A stretch of DNA of 64,000 bases, taken from Lama guanicoe (lineage: Eukaryota). Below, one piece after another: positions 40,021-52,048 of the stretch; within the stretch, counting starts at the first letter, position 1; each line of letters begins with the position of its first letter. Below the pieces are notes generated by a model, which was not told the DNA's origin, did no database searches, and worked only from the letters and a program-made list of their open reading frames with translations. The stretch spans positions 4,330,677 to 4,394,676 of the forward strand of contig MU054117.1 in the NCBI GenBank assembly GCA_013239625.1, given 5' to 3'. A program made the translations under genes and the position numbers.

Positions 40021-41196
40021 ACGATGTGAACCTGTGTGCCCTTAGGAAGTTTCATGGTTCTTTTCTTTGAATGCAGGTATGTTTAATGCTTTAAAAATCC
40101 TCTTGAACTCAGACAGGGATCCACAGCTCTGAAGGGCTGCCTGGGAGAAAAGGTACCAAGGGCCCGCTTCCCCCAGCCAGGTCCTGCTCAGCCCCACCCT
40201 CCCATTTTCACGGTGCCAAGGCAGATGGTAGAAAGGTTTCCAAGGATTTAGAGCACTGACGATTTTCCTATAAATGCACAACACATTGCCAGGAGGTAGA
40301 TAAAGACATTAATAGGCAGAGAAGGTGCAGCCAGTAACTCAGAAGCTAACATTTCCCCCTGCAGGCAGACCGGAAGGAGGCAGCATCTTCCATACAGACT
40401 CAGAAAGCCAGCGCTTGAAGACGCCTGGGAGTCATCTAGGCCGACTAGCTCACTCTGAGATGCAGAGACTGAGGCCCAGAAAGCTGAGAAGAATAGCTGA
40501 GGCCCAGCTGAGCTGGGACAGGGCGCCCAGCCCTCCAACCCCAGGCGGAACCTGTGACGGCACTAGACCAGTAAGCCGTGAGACTCCGAGATGCTTGTAC
40601 GGACTAATTTCCCTCAGGAAAAAAAATCAGGGATCACATTAGAAACCAAGGGTGCCTTCAGCGCCCCCTGAGGGCAGGAGCCACATCTGACTCAGTTTGG
40701 GGATCCCCCACACAGTAAATCGTAAATGTGAAGTCCAAGCGAGGAAGCTGAGCTGGGGGAGGTGTCCGCACAGCAATCCTGGGCTGCTTGGAACTAAGCG
40801 GCACCGTGGTGTTCGGATGGCGAATTCCCCTCACATTCCAAAAGCCCGCCCCGGCCTGACCTGCTCTGCGAGCCCTTGCTGAAGCTAGCTGCGATTCCAG
40901 CTCCAACGCGACTGGTCATTCTGCACCCTGCTGGTGGCGGGATGTGTCTGACACACTAAAATCACATTTGTGTGAACTACAGAAATACTTACAGAAAGGA
41001 CCACGCTTTCATTTACGTAGGAATTCTACATCCAAATGCTTATGCACCTGCCATCTTATCTGATCCTATGGAATCTTAGGAAATGCAGCCATGTTGATTT
41101 TCATTACACAAATAAAGAATGTGAGGCCCAGAGAGGCTGAGCAGGCCGGCTGTCAGCTGGTCTGCACAGCACTCGGGGGCACCCATGGAGACTCAC

Positions 41197-41538
41197 CGCA
41201 GAACTCAGGGGTCCTCCAGTCAACACACACCCCCTTGGTCCGACAGAGGTGGGCGTAAGAGGCAACTGCCTCGCACACTTTCTCCTGGTGGCAACTCTCT
41301 TGCTGGCAGATGGCATGAAATGTGTCCGGAGCCACGACCTTGTGGCACTCGGCAAACAGTGCTGAGAGGATGACGTGGCAGGGAGAGGCCCCAGGTACAG
41401 GACATTGCTCCTCGGGAACCGACTGGCACGTCTGCCCCGGCTGCTGTACCGTCCACTCCTGGACCAGCGTCCTCCAGTCTGTGGTGACCGTGCCATCCTT
41501 CAGCATGAAGTCATTGGCCCCGTTCTCATCACAGATCC
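41197..41538 (-). CDS. VWF: VWF exon 37 equivalent (D4)
   Basis: 342 nt, ag/gtgagt; (G)[30 protein letters not shown]...[18 protein letters not shown]. Confidence 0.97.
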
Positions 41539-41701
41539 CTAGAAAAACAGGAAAGACACAGTTGGGAGGCCAGGGTACCAACCCCTTGATGCTAAGACCC
41601 GGCCATTCTCCATCCCTGCCGACCTCTGAACCTCACTACTGGACGAGAAACAGAGCAAGGAGGGTTTATGTTAAAGAGGAGAGTTGAGAAGATGTCCTTA
41701 C

Positions 41702-41894
41702 CACAGAGACCGTACACCTTCGAGGCAAAGGTCTTTGGGCTCAGCTGCAGCTGGAACTCGTTGTTTTGGGGCGTGAAGGTGAAGATGTGGCCGAGATGGT
41801 TGAATCTGACCTCATACATGATGGTACCATAGATACTGACCTCCAGGTTCCCACCCGTGTAAGGGACAGAGACCAGTCTCCCATTCACCTCCAC
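41702..41894 (-). CDS. VWF: VWF exon 36 equivalent (VWD4)
   Basis: 193 nt, ag/gtaagg; [64 protein letters not shown]. Confidence 0.97.
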
Positions 41895-43088
41895 CTGCCC
41901 AAAGAAGAAAACAGCCCATCCAGAGTCATGGCAACGAGGACTCCTAGGATTTCACTCTTAGCCTCTTCCTGAAGTTCCCAGCGGGCCCTACACACTCGAC
42001 TCTGCCGTTATCCACAGACCCGGATGCTTGTCAGCAGCTCTTCTACGATAAAAGGGCTTTGCAGAGCTTGGCAGGAGAGCAGGCTATTACAGTGCTGGAC
42101 AGACAGCCGTGCATCTGCAACCCGAGAGCCCCGGGCTTCAGGGGAACCTGCGTCTGCACACACTCAACAGGGAAGGATGACCCCTCCAGACGGGCTGGGG
42201 ATGTCACCATTCTGCCAGCTCATCAGGGCCCCGGCCCCAGGAATGTCTAATAGGACTGCTTTAAGAGTTTTGCTTTTTAATCTCGTTTTATCTTATTTGG
42301 TCACTAGCTCTTCGGAGACACCACTATATACATCACATCAAACATATTCAAGTGAACTCACATCCCACGAGGAATATAATTTTTGCTGTAAAACCTTTGG
42401 AAGGCTTTCTAGCCTTTTGATTTTTAAATTTTTGGCTACGAGCAACCCATTTAATACATGATGAGCTGTGATTTTTCTTTTTCCAGCAATTACTGGGCCT
42501 GTTCAAGAATTCTTGCAAGGTGAGAAGATCTAACCTATGAGCTGGTTTTGCGTGATGGAATATTTACAATTTCTAAATGAACGTGTGAAGAAGTCGGCAT
42601 AATGTAACCTCTTGTAAACATCTAATTAAACATAGACTTTTATCAGTTTTGCAGTCTTCCTTCCAAATTTGGGGGCCACACGTTTTGTTTGGACCCAAGG
42701 TATTTTCACGGGCCTGATCCAAGCCCTGAATACTTTCCCTCGGAAGGCTCGCAGGCCCTAGGCACTGAGCTCATGACGTCTGCTGGGTAACACGCACTGC
42801 CGTCAACCCCAATTTTCTACTAGTGCCAGAAAATTGGCACTAAATTCACAATTTAATGCTACCTGAAATTGATCCCTTCTTCCACACCTGGGCCCAGAAC
42901 AACACGAAGTCCCAGCACAAGGGGCAAGGCGGGAAGCCCTCCCCTGTGGAGGTCGTGCTCTGTTAATCAGGCAGAAGGCCGAGTCCCTGACAGAAGCATC
43001 AGCCAAAACCAGCCGCCCCCAGGTCGGCGTGGCTCTCCCAAGGTTCTGCTGCTGCCTCTCCAGGGGGCCCTCGGAAAGCACTGCTCAC

Positions 43089-43309
43089 CTGCATGTCGCT
43101 GCGGAGCTGGACGGAGAGGCCGTCGTGCTTCACCTCAATGGCTGTCACGCAGGCCTGCCTCGCCCCAGTGCCGCAGGCACCGCTATGGAGAACCACCTCC
43201 AGGTCCTGCTCCTTGCTGTGAAACAGGACATACGAGCAGCTGCCAGTCAGCTTGAAATTCTGTCCGTCAAAGGTCACGATGTGCCGGGTAGAGCTGCCAG
43301 TGCACACAC
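43089..43309 (-). CDS. VWF: VWF exon 35 equivalent (VWD4)
   Basis: 221 nt, ag/gtgagc; (C)[73 protein letters not shown]. Confidence 0.97.
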
Positions 43310-44300
43310 CTGGGCGGGGAGAGCACACGATGGATATGATACCGTCCAAACTCCCTTACGTGCAGAGAGCCAGGTGTCCCCAAGTCACGCACGGGAAACC
43401 AACGCTGAGAGCTGAATGGCCCTTGTGAAGCCATGCAGTCTCTTCCTCCTTTTTACAGATTTAGGAAACTGAGGTTCTGGGAGGTGGAGTGGCTTAGGGA
43501 AATGACACTTGGCCATTAAATATTTTCCTGGAGAAGGTTTAAAAGGACAAGTATTACATTAAAATGTGGCAAATTACAGAACCATACTTCCAAAACATTT
43601 AAACGTGCAAATTTCATGATCTACCCTGCAAGGACGCCTTGGCCCAAGAAACAAAGCTAAGTTCTGGGGGTGTTACGACTCGCTGAAACCACGAGGTCAT
43701 GATCTCACTGTAAAGAAAGTTCCCCCAAAGACACAGTCCTTTCAGCTGCCAAGTGACTAATGGTACAAGTGGCCATGTCGACTTGATCCCTGAAGAGATG
43801 GTGCAAGAGAAATATTCCTGAAGCCAAAACAAATGGTCGGGTCTCAGCACGCCACTCGTCTGCCACTCATTCACTCACACAGTCAGCAGGTCCTCAAGGT
43901 TCCTATTAAAACACCACTTGGGAAGACTAATCGTCTTGCAGCTACAGCAGATGATTCCATAACCCCCCCCCCCGGAAGGCATGATTTGAAAGCTATTCTT
44001 GGACTTATATGGAGTTAGGGATGAGCTTTCCAGCCAAACCATGACCACATAGACAGCAGTGGGTGAATGGAAACCCGAGAACTGAGAGGCAGAGGCAGTG
44101 GATCAGCGAGGCCACACTAACGTCCCTCGCCCTCAGCCAGGCCCCAGTGGCCTCCACCCGCACAGGTGACCGGGGATCGAGGCAGCACAGGCAGTGTGGT
44201 GGGGAGGGAAAGGGGGCTTTGGGGCGGTCACCTTCTGCACAGTCATGCTAAAAGCACCACTCCCTTAACACAGTCCAGGCTGGGGAAACGAAAGACTCAC

Positions 44301-44478
44301 AGGGGCAGGTCCAGCGGCAGCCACAGGTCTCCTCCACCCGGATAGGGGACTGGCTATTGGGGCAGGAAGGCCGCGGCCCCTGGTCACAGTTGACCCGATG
44401 GCTCTTCAGCAAGGTCTGGCCATCTGGCAGGCAGGTCACTGTGTGGCACTGATCCGGCAAGGTCCAGACGTCCCCGGG
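44301..44478 (-). CDS. VWF: VWF exon 34 equivalent (D4N)
   Basis: 178 nt, ag/gtgagt; [59 protein letters not shown]. Confidence 0.97.
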
Positions 44479-44759
44479 CTGCAGAGAAAGAAGCAGATTC
44501 AGGCAGGGACTAGAATGAGGCACTTCGACATCCACCAGGCAACTGACCCCTCGGAAGACAAGGAGACTAGGACGTGGGCCTAAATGGCAAGAAGACAGGA
44601 TGCAGGAGATGAGATTCACCACCCACTTCCCCCCAAAACAAGCTATAATGGTCAGAGGGAGCAATGGACCAAGACCACAGTGGGAGAAGGTAACCCGGGA
44701 ACAAGGGCCCCAGCACACATTCCAGATCTTTCCTTCAAAGTTAACAGAAAGGAGCTTAC

Positions 44760-44803
44760 CCTCCTCTCACCCCCGTCCTCATCCACGCAGACTCTGACGA
44801 ACT
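44760..44803 (-). CDS. VWF: VWF exon 33 equivalent
   Basis: 44 nt, ag/gtaagc; (E)[14 protein letters not shown]; phases fit both neighbours. Confidence 0.93.
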
Positions 44804-45329
44804 CTGAAACAGACCCAAGTCAGGCCTCCGCTCCCCACCGCCCAGACATCCCGAGCTGCTCGCAGTGTCTGCGCGGGCCGCCTGGCCAGCCCCGAAGTCG
44901 GACTGACTCTGAAAAGACTGTGCGTGGGTTTAGAAGCGGGGGTGCAGGCGCACGAGATGCGGGGTGGACGTGGCGCGGGCCTCCGGGCATGCCGGGTGGT
45001 TGCTAGTGACAGCACGGCCAGCACACCAGTAACCGCGAACCCCGCCTTCCTTTCCCCTTTCCTGGGCAGACCGGGGCCTAGTGAGCGGAGGGGGACGAGG
45101 CAAGAGGCTGAAGGCCTGAGAGGGAGCTTGCGGATTCCTCCCGGGCGAGCCCTCAGCCCTCGGCAAGGGCGAGAACTCTGCACTGGGTTTTGACCCACAG
45201 CCAATTACATTAGGAAAATATGTAAAACTAGGTTTAAAGAAAAAAGGTGTGGTTAAAAAAAAAAAGATTTTCATCTTAAATCAACTTAAACAATGGCAAT
45301 TTGATGGTAGAGTCTATGTTGTTGTATTT

Positions 45330-45490
45330 CTTTTTTCCCTTGTTTTTTCATTTACAAAAATTAGTTTATGCTTAGTTTTTTCTTTGGAGGGGGAGGTAAT
45401 TCCGTTTATTCATTTTAGCGGAGGTCCTGGGGGCTGACCCTTGTGCGTGCTAAGCACACGCTCCACCACTGAGCTCTACCCTCGCGCCCT
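45330..45490 (-). mobile_element. Degenerate second copy of the tRNA-derived SINE, next to an L1 3' fragment (about 45490-45655)
   Basis: ggaggtaatt...ggaggtcctggggg...tgctaagcacacgctccaccactgagctctaccctc is similar to the 6.4 kb copy, with an internal deletion. Confidence 0.7.
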
Positions 45491-46024
45491 TCATTTCCTT
45501 TTTTTTTAAACGAAGTATGGCTGATTTAAATATTGTGTTAGTTCTCAGATGTGCAGCAAAGTGACTCAGTTATGGTTTTTCAGATTATATTCCATTCTGG
45601 GCTACGATAAGATGCTGAATACAACTCCCCGTGCTCTACTGTGAATCTTGCTGCTTTCCTGAAGCCCTGTCTGCCCATGCTGCGGGTGAGGACGGCACGG
45701 GGAAGAGGGCCCTGATCTGAGGATGCTGGGGGTCCCTGCTTCTGTCCTCACTTCTTGGTCTGACAGCCTCTGCACAGGCAGGCGTGGGCTTTCTCTCACA
45801 TCTGAGCGGACAGCTGGGATGGAAGGAGGCCCACACACACAGCTTTCTGATAGCCTCCTGGAGGTTTGTCACACGACCTCCCACGAGTAGAAACTTACAG
45901 GTCCTGGTCTAAGAAAGCATCTTCACTCCAGGCCAAATCTTGTGCCTGGGCACCCCAGGTCTCTAGGATGGGTTTTGTTTTTGTTTTTGTGTTAAGAGGG
46001 ACACAACAGATACGTAAGACTCAC

Positions 46025-46189
46025 CAGAGCACAGCTTGTGGTGGAAGGAGTCGCCCAGGGTGACCATGATGGGGAGGTCTTCGATTCGCTGGAGCTTCAG
46101 CACGTTGGAGCTGGCCCCTGGGCCTGCCAAGGTCCTCAGCTGGGCTGGGTCGTACCGATCCCCAATTCCAATGGGGAACACTGCCACTC
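46025..46189 (-). CDS. VWF: VWF exon 32 equivalent (A3 end)
   Basis: 165 nt, ag/gtgagt; [54 protein letters not shown]. Confidence 0.96.
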
Positions 46190-46324
46190 CTAGAGTTAGC
46201 AAGGAGCAAGAAGGGGTCTGTGTCAACCTGCTTCAGAATGAGCTGGCCTGGAGCTATGCCCAGCATGTGTACAGAACTTCCTGTTTTCCAGACTGGTCAC
46301 TTACACCGACCCTGTGAGGAGATC

Positions 46325-47330
46325 GTTTGGTCAGTCAGCAAGCATTACCAAGCTCCTACTCTGTGTCAGGTACTGTGCTAGGCAGTAGGGATACAGTGAG
46401 CCAAGCAGGTCCTGTATCCCTGTCCTCATGGAGCTTACACTGGGGACAGCCAGACAACAAATACTCAAGTAAGTAAATACCTAGTATTTCAGATACAGGT
46501 AAGTGCTTAGAAAAAACCAAAATGGGTTAAGGGGGATAGGAGTGACCAGGGGTAGGGGTGAGGGTTATTGTTTCATACAAGGACGCTGGAGGTGTGTTCA
46601 GGGAAAAGAAGAAGGACAGAAGGAGCCAAGAGGACATTCTGAGCAAGAGACAGTGCATGCAAAGGCCCAGGGGCAGAAGTCTGGCTGCACAACCCAGGGT
46701 GGCTGGAGCAGAGCCAACAGTGGGAGCACAGCACAGATCGCACAAAGCTTCAGAGGCCACGGGCAGGACTTAACATGCTCTCTGAGCAGAGTGGGAAGCC
46801 AGCCGAGCCTTTGGACCAGAGCAGTGACATGAGTGGCCGACTTCAATTTTCAAAGGGTCGCTAAGCTGCTGTGTTGATGATGGAACTCCAGGGGACAAGG
46901 GCGGAAGCGGGGGATCCAGGTTAGAAAGCTGTGACGATCATCCGGGTGAGAGACGATGGGGACCGTGGGGGGGGTGGCACGGAGGTGGGGGGGCTCTCCA
47001 TGCATTCTGAAGACGGAGCTACAGTGTGTGGCTGGATGGGATGGGGGTCTGAGAGAAAAAGCGCAATCAAGGATGCTGAGGTTTGGGGGCTGAGCAACTG
47101 GAAGGGTGGAACCGCCATTTTCGAAGATGGGAGAGATCGCAGGGGGAAGAGACCTTGGGTGGGAAGGTCAGGAATTCAGTTTCCTGAGTTCCTGGTAGAG
47201 TATTTAGGTGAGAGAGCCAGGCTGGAGACAGGAGATTTGAAGTCGGTGCTGCATAAGTGTCTCAAGAGCATGACACTGAATGAGACCAGGGGTCGGAGTA
47301 CAGAGGGAAGAGAAAAAGCCACGGGACGGA
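46325..47330 (-). mobile_element. L2 element relic
   Basis: ctactctgtgtcaggtactgtgctaggc...tgtcctcatggagcttaca...gtgcatgcaaaggcccagggg, typical antisense L2 3' region. Confidence 0.75.
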
Positions 47331-48491
47331 GCCCGGGGTATGTGCATCCACAGACGAGAAACCGAGGTCTTAAACGGGTAAGTGGCACGCCCGAGATCAC
47401 GTCTGTTGCCTCCAGACCATGGCTACTCCCTTTCCTGACGAAAGTCTTTCTTCGGATTCTTGATACTAAAAGACAAAAGTCTCCATGCTGAAAAGACCCC
47501 CAATTACTCCTCCAGAAAGTTCCAGGTATCTGCAGTCTCCTGAGGCTGACTTTTGGCTGGCAGCTTTTCCGCTCTTGTGAGCTGGTCCTATCACCCCAAT
47601 ACACACCCTTTCTAGGGTCTTCTTCCCACAAACAATAGATTTCACCAATATGTCACATTCATTCAATCAACAAACATTGAATGGCCACCTATTTTGTGCA
47701 TCAGGTACATATAATACAGAAATAAGCAAGGTTTTGCCCTGGCTCCAGTTTGTGCAAAAAAAACAGACAGGTAACAAATAAAAGCAAAGTGGTTTGTGCA
47801 TTTGGAGTGGTTCAGAGAGGGTGCAGAAAAGGGAGTGAATAACTCTCGGAGGACGTCAGAGGAAAGACAACTCCAGAGCAGGGTCCTGAAGGATGAGCCG
47901 TTCTCCCGGTGGAGTGAGAGGACGTCCTTCCACTCACCCAGCCCTCCCGGCGCAACACCACCAGCCTGGCTCACGCACTGTTGGTGCTCACGAGGCCCCA
48001 GGCCTGGGGCACACCCGCCTCCACCCCCCTCAAAGCAGCAGCCTCGGTCTCTTGTCCATCCAGCGCCCCCAAGCCCTTCGGCTGGTACTAGACCAGAGCT
48101 CTGAGCACAAGAAGGTCCCTGATGGTTCTCGAAGCCACGGAATGAATCACTCTAGCCTCAGACACGTGACAGTGGGGAGACGCCAAGGCTGCCGCCACTA
48201 CAAAAGGACAGGAGTGGAGGTATGACCCACCCCTGGATGCACAGGGAAAATTTGGAGAAATTAAAGGTTACAGTCCAAAGCATGCAGACAAGTGAAGGAT
48301 AAGCACGCGTGTACCACTGTTTGGTTTCCAAATAACACAGAGATTGGGCAATTTCCAGGTGTTTGAAACCAGGCCAGAGTGGGAATGAAGCACTTAAAAT
48401 CAGGTGGGGCCTCGGGAAGTAACGGCCGCCCACGTGCAGTCCTCCAGCAGGCTGGGGCCGGGGGTCTCAGGACGGCTCCCCGGACACTCAC

Positions 48492-48635
48492 GGTTGGATC
48501 TGGCGGCAGCGGCTGCTTCATCAACCGAATCCACGGAGGCCTCCGTGACCAGGATCACCACCGCCTTGGAGGCGCCGGGCCTGGCACCATGGACCTCGGA
48601 AGTGACATATCGCACCGCAAAGGCCAAGGCAGCCC
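48492..48635 (-). CDS. VWF: VWF exon 31 equivalent (A3, collagen-binding His)
   Basis: 144 nt, ag/gtgagt; (G)[47 protein letters not shown]. Confidence 0.96.
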
Positions 48636-48932
48636 CTGAGAATGGAGAACAGGCCGCACAAGTCAGCTCTGACGCGGGGAAGGGGCTTTCGGAGCAGCTG
48701 GGCATCCTGTCTCGTGGTGGAGCCTGAGGTCAAGGAAATGGAGCGATCCAGAGACTCAGAGAGTCTCCCACGCGAGGGAGACAGGGAGGGGGCCTGGTGG
48801 GCATCCAGGTCCTCGCTTTACGGGAAAGAAATCTAAGAGCAAGGAGCCAAGTGGCTGGTCGGGGTCGCTTGGTCACTTATGCCAGGAACCGGACCAGACG
48901 CGGCTCCCGCGCCCAGCCCACGACCGCGTTAC

Positions 48933-49073
48933 CGATTTGGCTGGGGCCGCCCTCCCGCTGCATGAGGTCCACGAGGCTCAGCAAGTGGGCTGTCGCCTGG
49001 GCCACGTTCCACGGCACGTCAGCGGTGGTGATGCTTCCGTACTGCAGCACGGACACCTGGGTGAGCTGAGGCC
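48933..49073 (-). CDS. VWF: VWF exon 30 equivalent (A3)
   Basis: 141 nt, ag/gtaacg; (G)[46 protein letters not shown]. Confidence 0.96.
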
Positions 49074-49154
49074 CTGCGGGGGCAGAGAACACGGACGGAA
49101 GTCACGCTTCGGATCGGGGAGCCCCAGAAAGACCCCTTCAGGCGCGTCACTCAC

Positions 49155-49271
49155 CTATATTGGCTTTTGAAATGAAATCCTTGGCGAAAGTCTTCATTTC
49201 ATCAAAGTAGGAAGCTGGAGAGCTGGAGGAGCCGTCGAGGAGGAGGACCACGTCCAGGGGCTCGCTGCAGG
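49155..49271 (-). CDS. VWF: VWF exon 29 equivalent (A3 start)
   Basis: 117 nt, ag/gtgagt; [38 protein letters not shown]. Confidence 0.96.
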
Positions 49272-50669
49272 CTGCAGAGAGACCGGGAGGGGAGCAACCA
49301 GGGCCACTGGGGGCAGGCACTGGGGCCCCTGCGGCAGACATGCATTCAGTGGGTGTGCAGGGCGCAGCCAAGCCGGCAGCACCGCAGAAGGGAGATGTGT
49401 CCTCCCCACCCTGGTCCTGCATCACTGCAGACTGCGCCAGGCAAGAGGGAAGGGGGCCGCGTTCGGAGGCACTGGGGAGACTCCAACTCCACCCAAAGGC
49501 AGTTCAAAAGCCTACAGACGAAAGCAAGAGGCATTCTCTCCCTCGGTGTCAGGAGGCTGCAAACCCTCCAAGGCTTGAGTGAAGTACTGGGGCATAAAAC
49601 AGGGACACGGAGCAGCACAGCCCTGGGAAGCGGGCTTGTGAGTCCTCTGGTCTCACGGGGCAGGTGAGGAGCTGGAGGGTGTGCTCCAGTTACACACACC
49701 CAGTGCTTAGGCGCAGGGTCACGGTCGTGGTGAGGAAACACCCTCTGGCCCAAACGCCACTCTGAGATCTGATAAGGTGAGGCTGTGGCAGAAACACCAC
49801 AAGAACTCAGATGAATCTGTGGCTCTGATTAAAGCAAAAACAAAGAAGCAAAGAGAGAGATAACAAGCATGAGGATCAAGGGACATTAAAAGAAGGCTAG
49901 TCATTCTGGGATGGTCCCGAACACGCCAAATAAAGATGTCCAAGAACCAGGAATCGGGGAGTCATTAGCAACGGTTTAGAGGGCCATACCAAAAGCAGTG
50001 GTGGCCAGCCACTTCAGAGCACTTGCTATGTACGGGGTACTGTTCCAAGCATTTTACAAGTAAGTACTATTATTATCGCCATTTTTACAGACGAGGAGAC
50101 TGATATTCACAGAAGCAATTGCCCCCAATTACCCTCAAATGATTACCAAGATAACTACCAAAAATGACTCAGCCAGGAGGTAACAGAGATGGATGCAAGC
50201 TATGGCAGCCGGGTTCCAGAACCCAGACCTGGCTTTGCCCCAGGATTGTCAGCTATTTAGAATAATCTTATCCACCTAGCGAGGTCAAAAAGCTGGCAGT
50301 CACCAAATTTAACAGGTCGCCTCCAAGCAGGGAGTGGCACTGGTGGGGATGAGGCTATGTGATAGAGTCAGACTTGTATCTTTTTTTTTCCTCCATATCC
50401 TTCGTATTGCTTAAATTTTAACAACAGGTTTGCATTACCGTTGAATTTTCAAGCACACACGACAAGAAGCAAACACAGTCCTCCAGCAAAAAAGGGTCAC
50501 AGTTGCCCCTTCCTACCTGGGAGGTGAGGACACACACACACTCGGAAGGCAGGGGTCTGAGCAAGCACAGAGCAGGGAGGCCAGGATGAGAACCTGAGAC
50601 TCATCGCACCTCCACCAAGGTTGCCCCCAGCCCTCCCGGGTCCTCACCCCCGGCAAAGCGCCCGCGTAC

Positions 50670-52048
50670 CTGGGGCAGGGGAGAGGGTGGTGAGGTGCAG
50701 CCTCTCTTCGGAGCAGCACCTCTGTAGCACCAGATCAGGAGCCTCTCGGGGGAGCATCTCAAAGTCCTGGATGAAGATGGGGGCGTTGGGCCAGCCAATC
50801 CTCTCCAGTTCCTGCCTGTCCACGCTGGGGCCCACTCCGATGGGCACCACCTGGATGTCCCCTGGCATCCGCCTGATCTCGTCCGAGGCAGGGTTCCCTG
50901 TGACCATGTAGACCAGGTTAGGCGCCTGCTCCCGGTCCCCCTCCCTGGCCGAGAAGCTGTGCTCGGTCAGATACTGCAGGGCCAGCCCAGTGTTGGTCTC
51001 GTTGCCGCCCTGGTAGCGGATCCCCTGCACTCGCTGCAGGACGTCCCCCGTGGACTGCGCCTTGCTGAAGGAGTACTCCTCGGCCACCGCGTGTGAGTAC
51101 TGCAGCACGGCGACGTGGACGCTGTCCCGGCCCACGTCCATCCGCCGAACCACCTCCGCCACGAACTCGGTGCTCCTGTTGAAGTTGGCCTCGCCCACCT
51201 TGTCTGACCCTTCCAGGACGAAGACCACATCCAGGACCACGGAGCACCTCCGGGGTCCCGCCGTCGAAACCCCCAGGAGCTCAGGGCCCACGGCGACCTG
51301 TGCCACGTGGGGGTGCGGCGTCGGGGCGGGCACTTCGGGGGCAAGGTCGCAGAGGTAGCCGATGATCTCGTCCCTCCGCTGCTCCAGCTCGCCCACCCCA
51401 CCGAGCTCGAAGGCCTTGTTCTCGGGGGCCTGCTTCTCGATGAAGCGGACCTGCTTCAGGTTGGCGTGGGGCCCGATGCCCACCGCGACCACGGAGACCT
51501 TCTTCTTCTTCAGGCCCTGGACGTAGCGGGCAAAGTTCCGGGACAGCTTGGCGGGCTCCTGGCTGGCCACGAGCAGCAGGACCACGCGGGAGGCTTCGGG
51601 CCGGTCGATCTTGCTGAAGATCTGGAAGAGCGTGTACTTCAGGACCTCACTGGTGGAGGCCACCATGCTGCCTGCGTACCTCACCTGGCTGGCGATGCGC
51701 CGCAGCTCCGAGGGTCGCTTCCGGTCCCGGAGTGCGATGTAGGCGTGGGAGCCGTCGTGGTACTCTACCACGGCCACGCGGATGCGCTTCTGGGAGATGT
51801 GCAGGCGCTCCATCATGCCTACCACGAAGTCCTTCAGCACCCCGAAGTCGGCCTCGGACAGCTTGTTGGAGCCGTCCAGCAGGAAGACCAGGTCCAGGAG
51901 TCTGCTGCACAGGAAGCTGTGCAAGGGCGGCTCCGGGGTGTCCTCCACGTACGAGCTGGTGGTGCTGGCCGGGCCTTCGGTGGGGGGTGCCTCCAGGCCC
52001 CCCAGCTCCCCGCAGGCTTCACAGGTGAGGTTGACACCATCACAGTGA
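50670..52048 (-). CDS. VWF: VWF exon 28 equivalent (A1 GPIb-binding and A2 ADAMTS13-cleaved domains)
   Basis: 1379 nt, ag/gtacgc, inside ORF 50644..52209; HCDGVNLTC...[14 protein letters not shown]...[10 protein letters not shown]...LQRCCS. Tyr-Met scissile bond encoded at 50905-50910. Confidence 0.99.
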
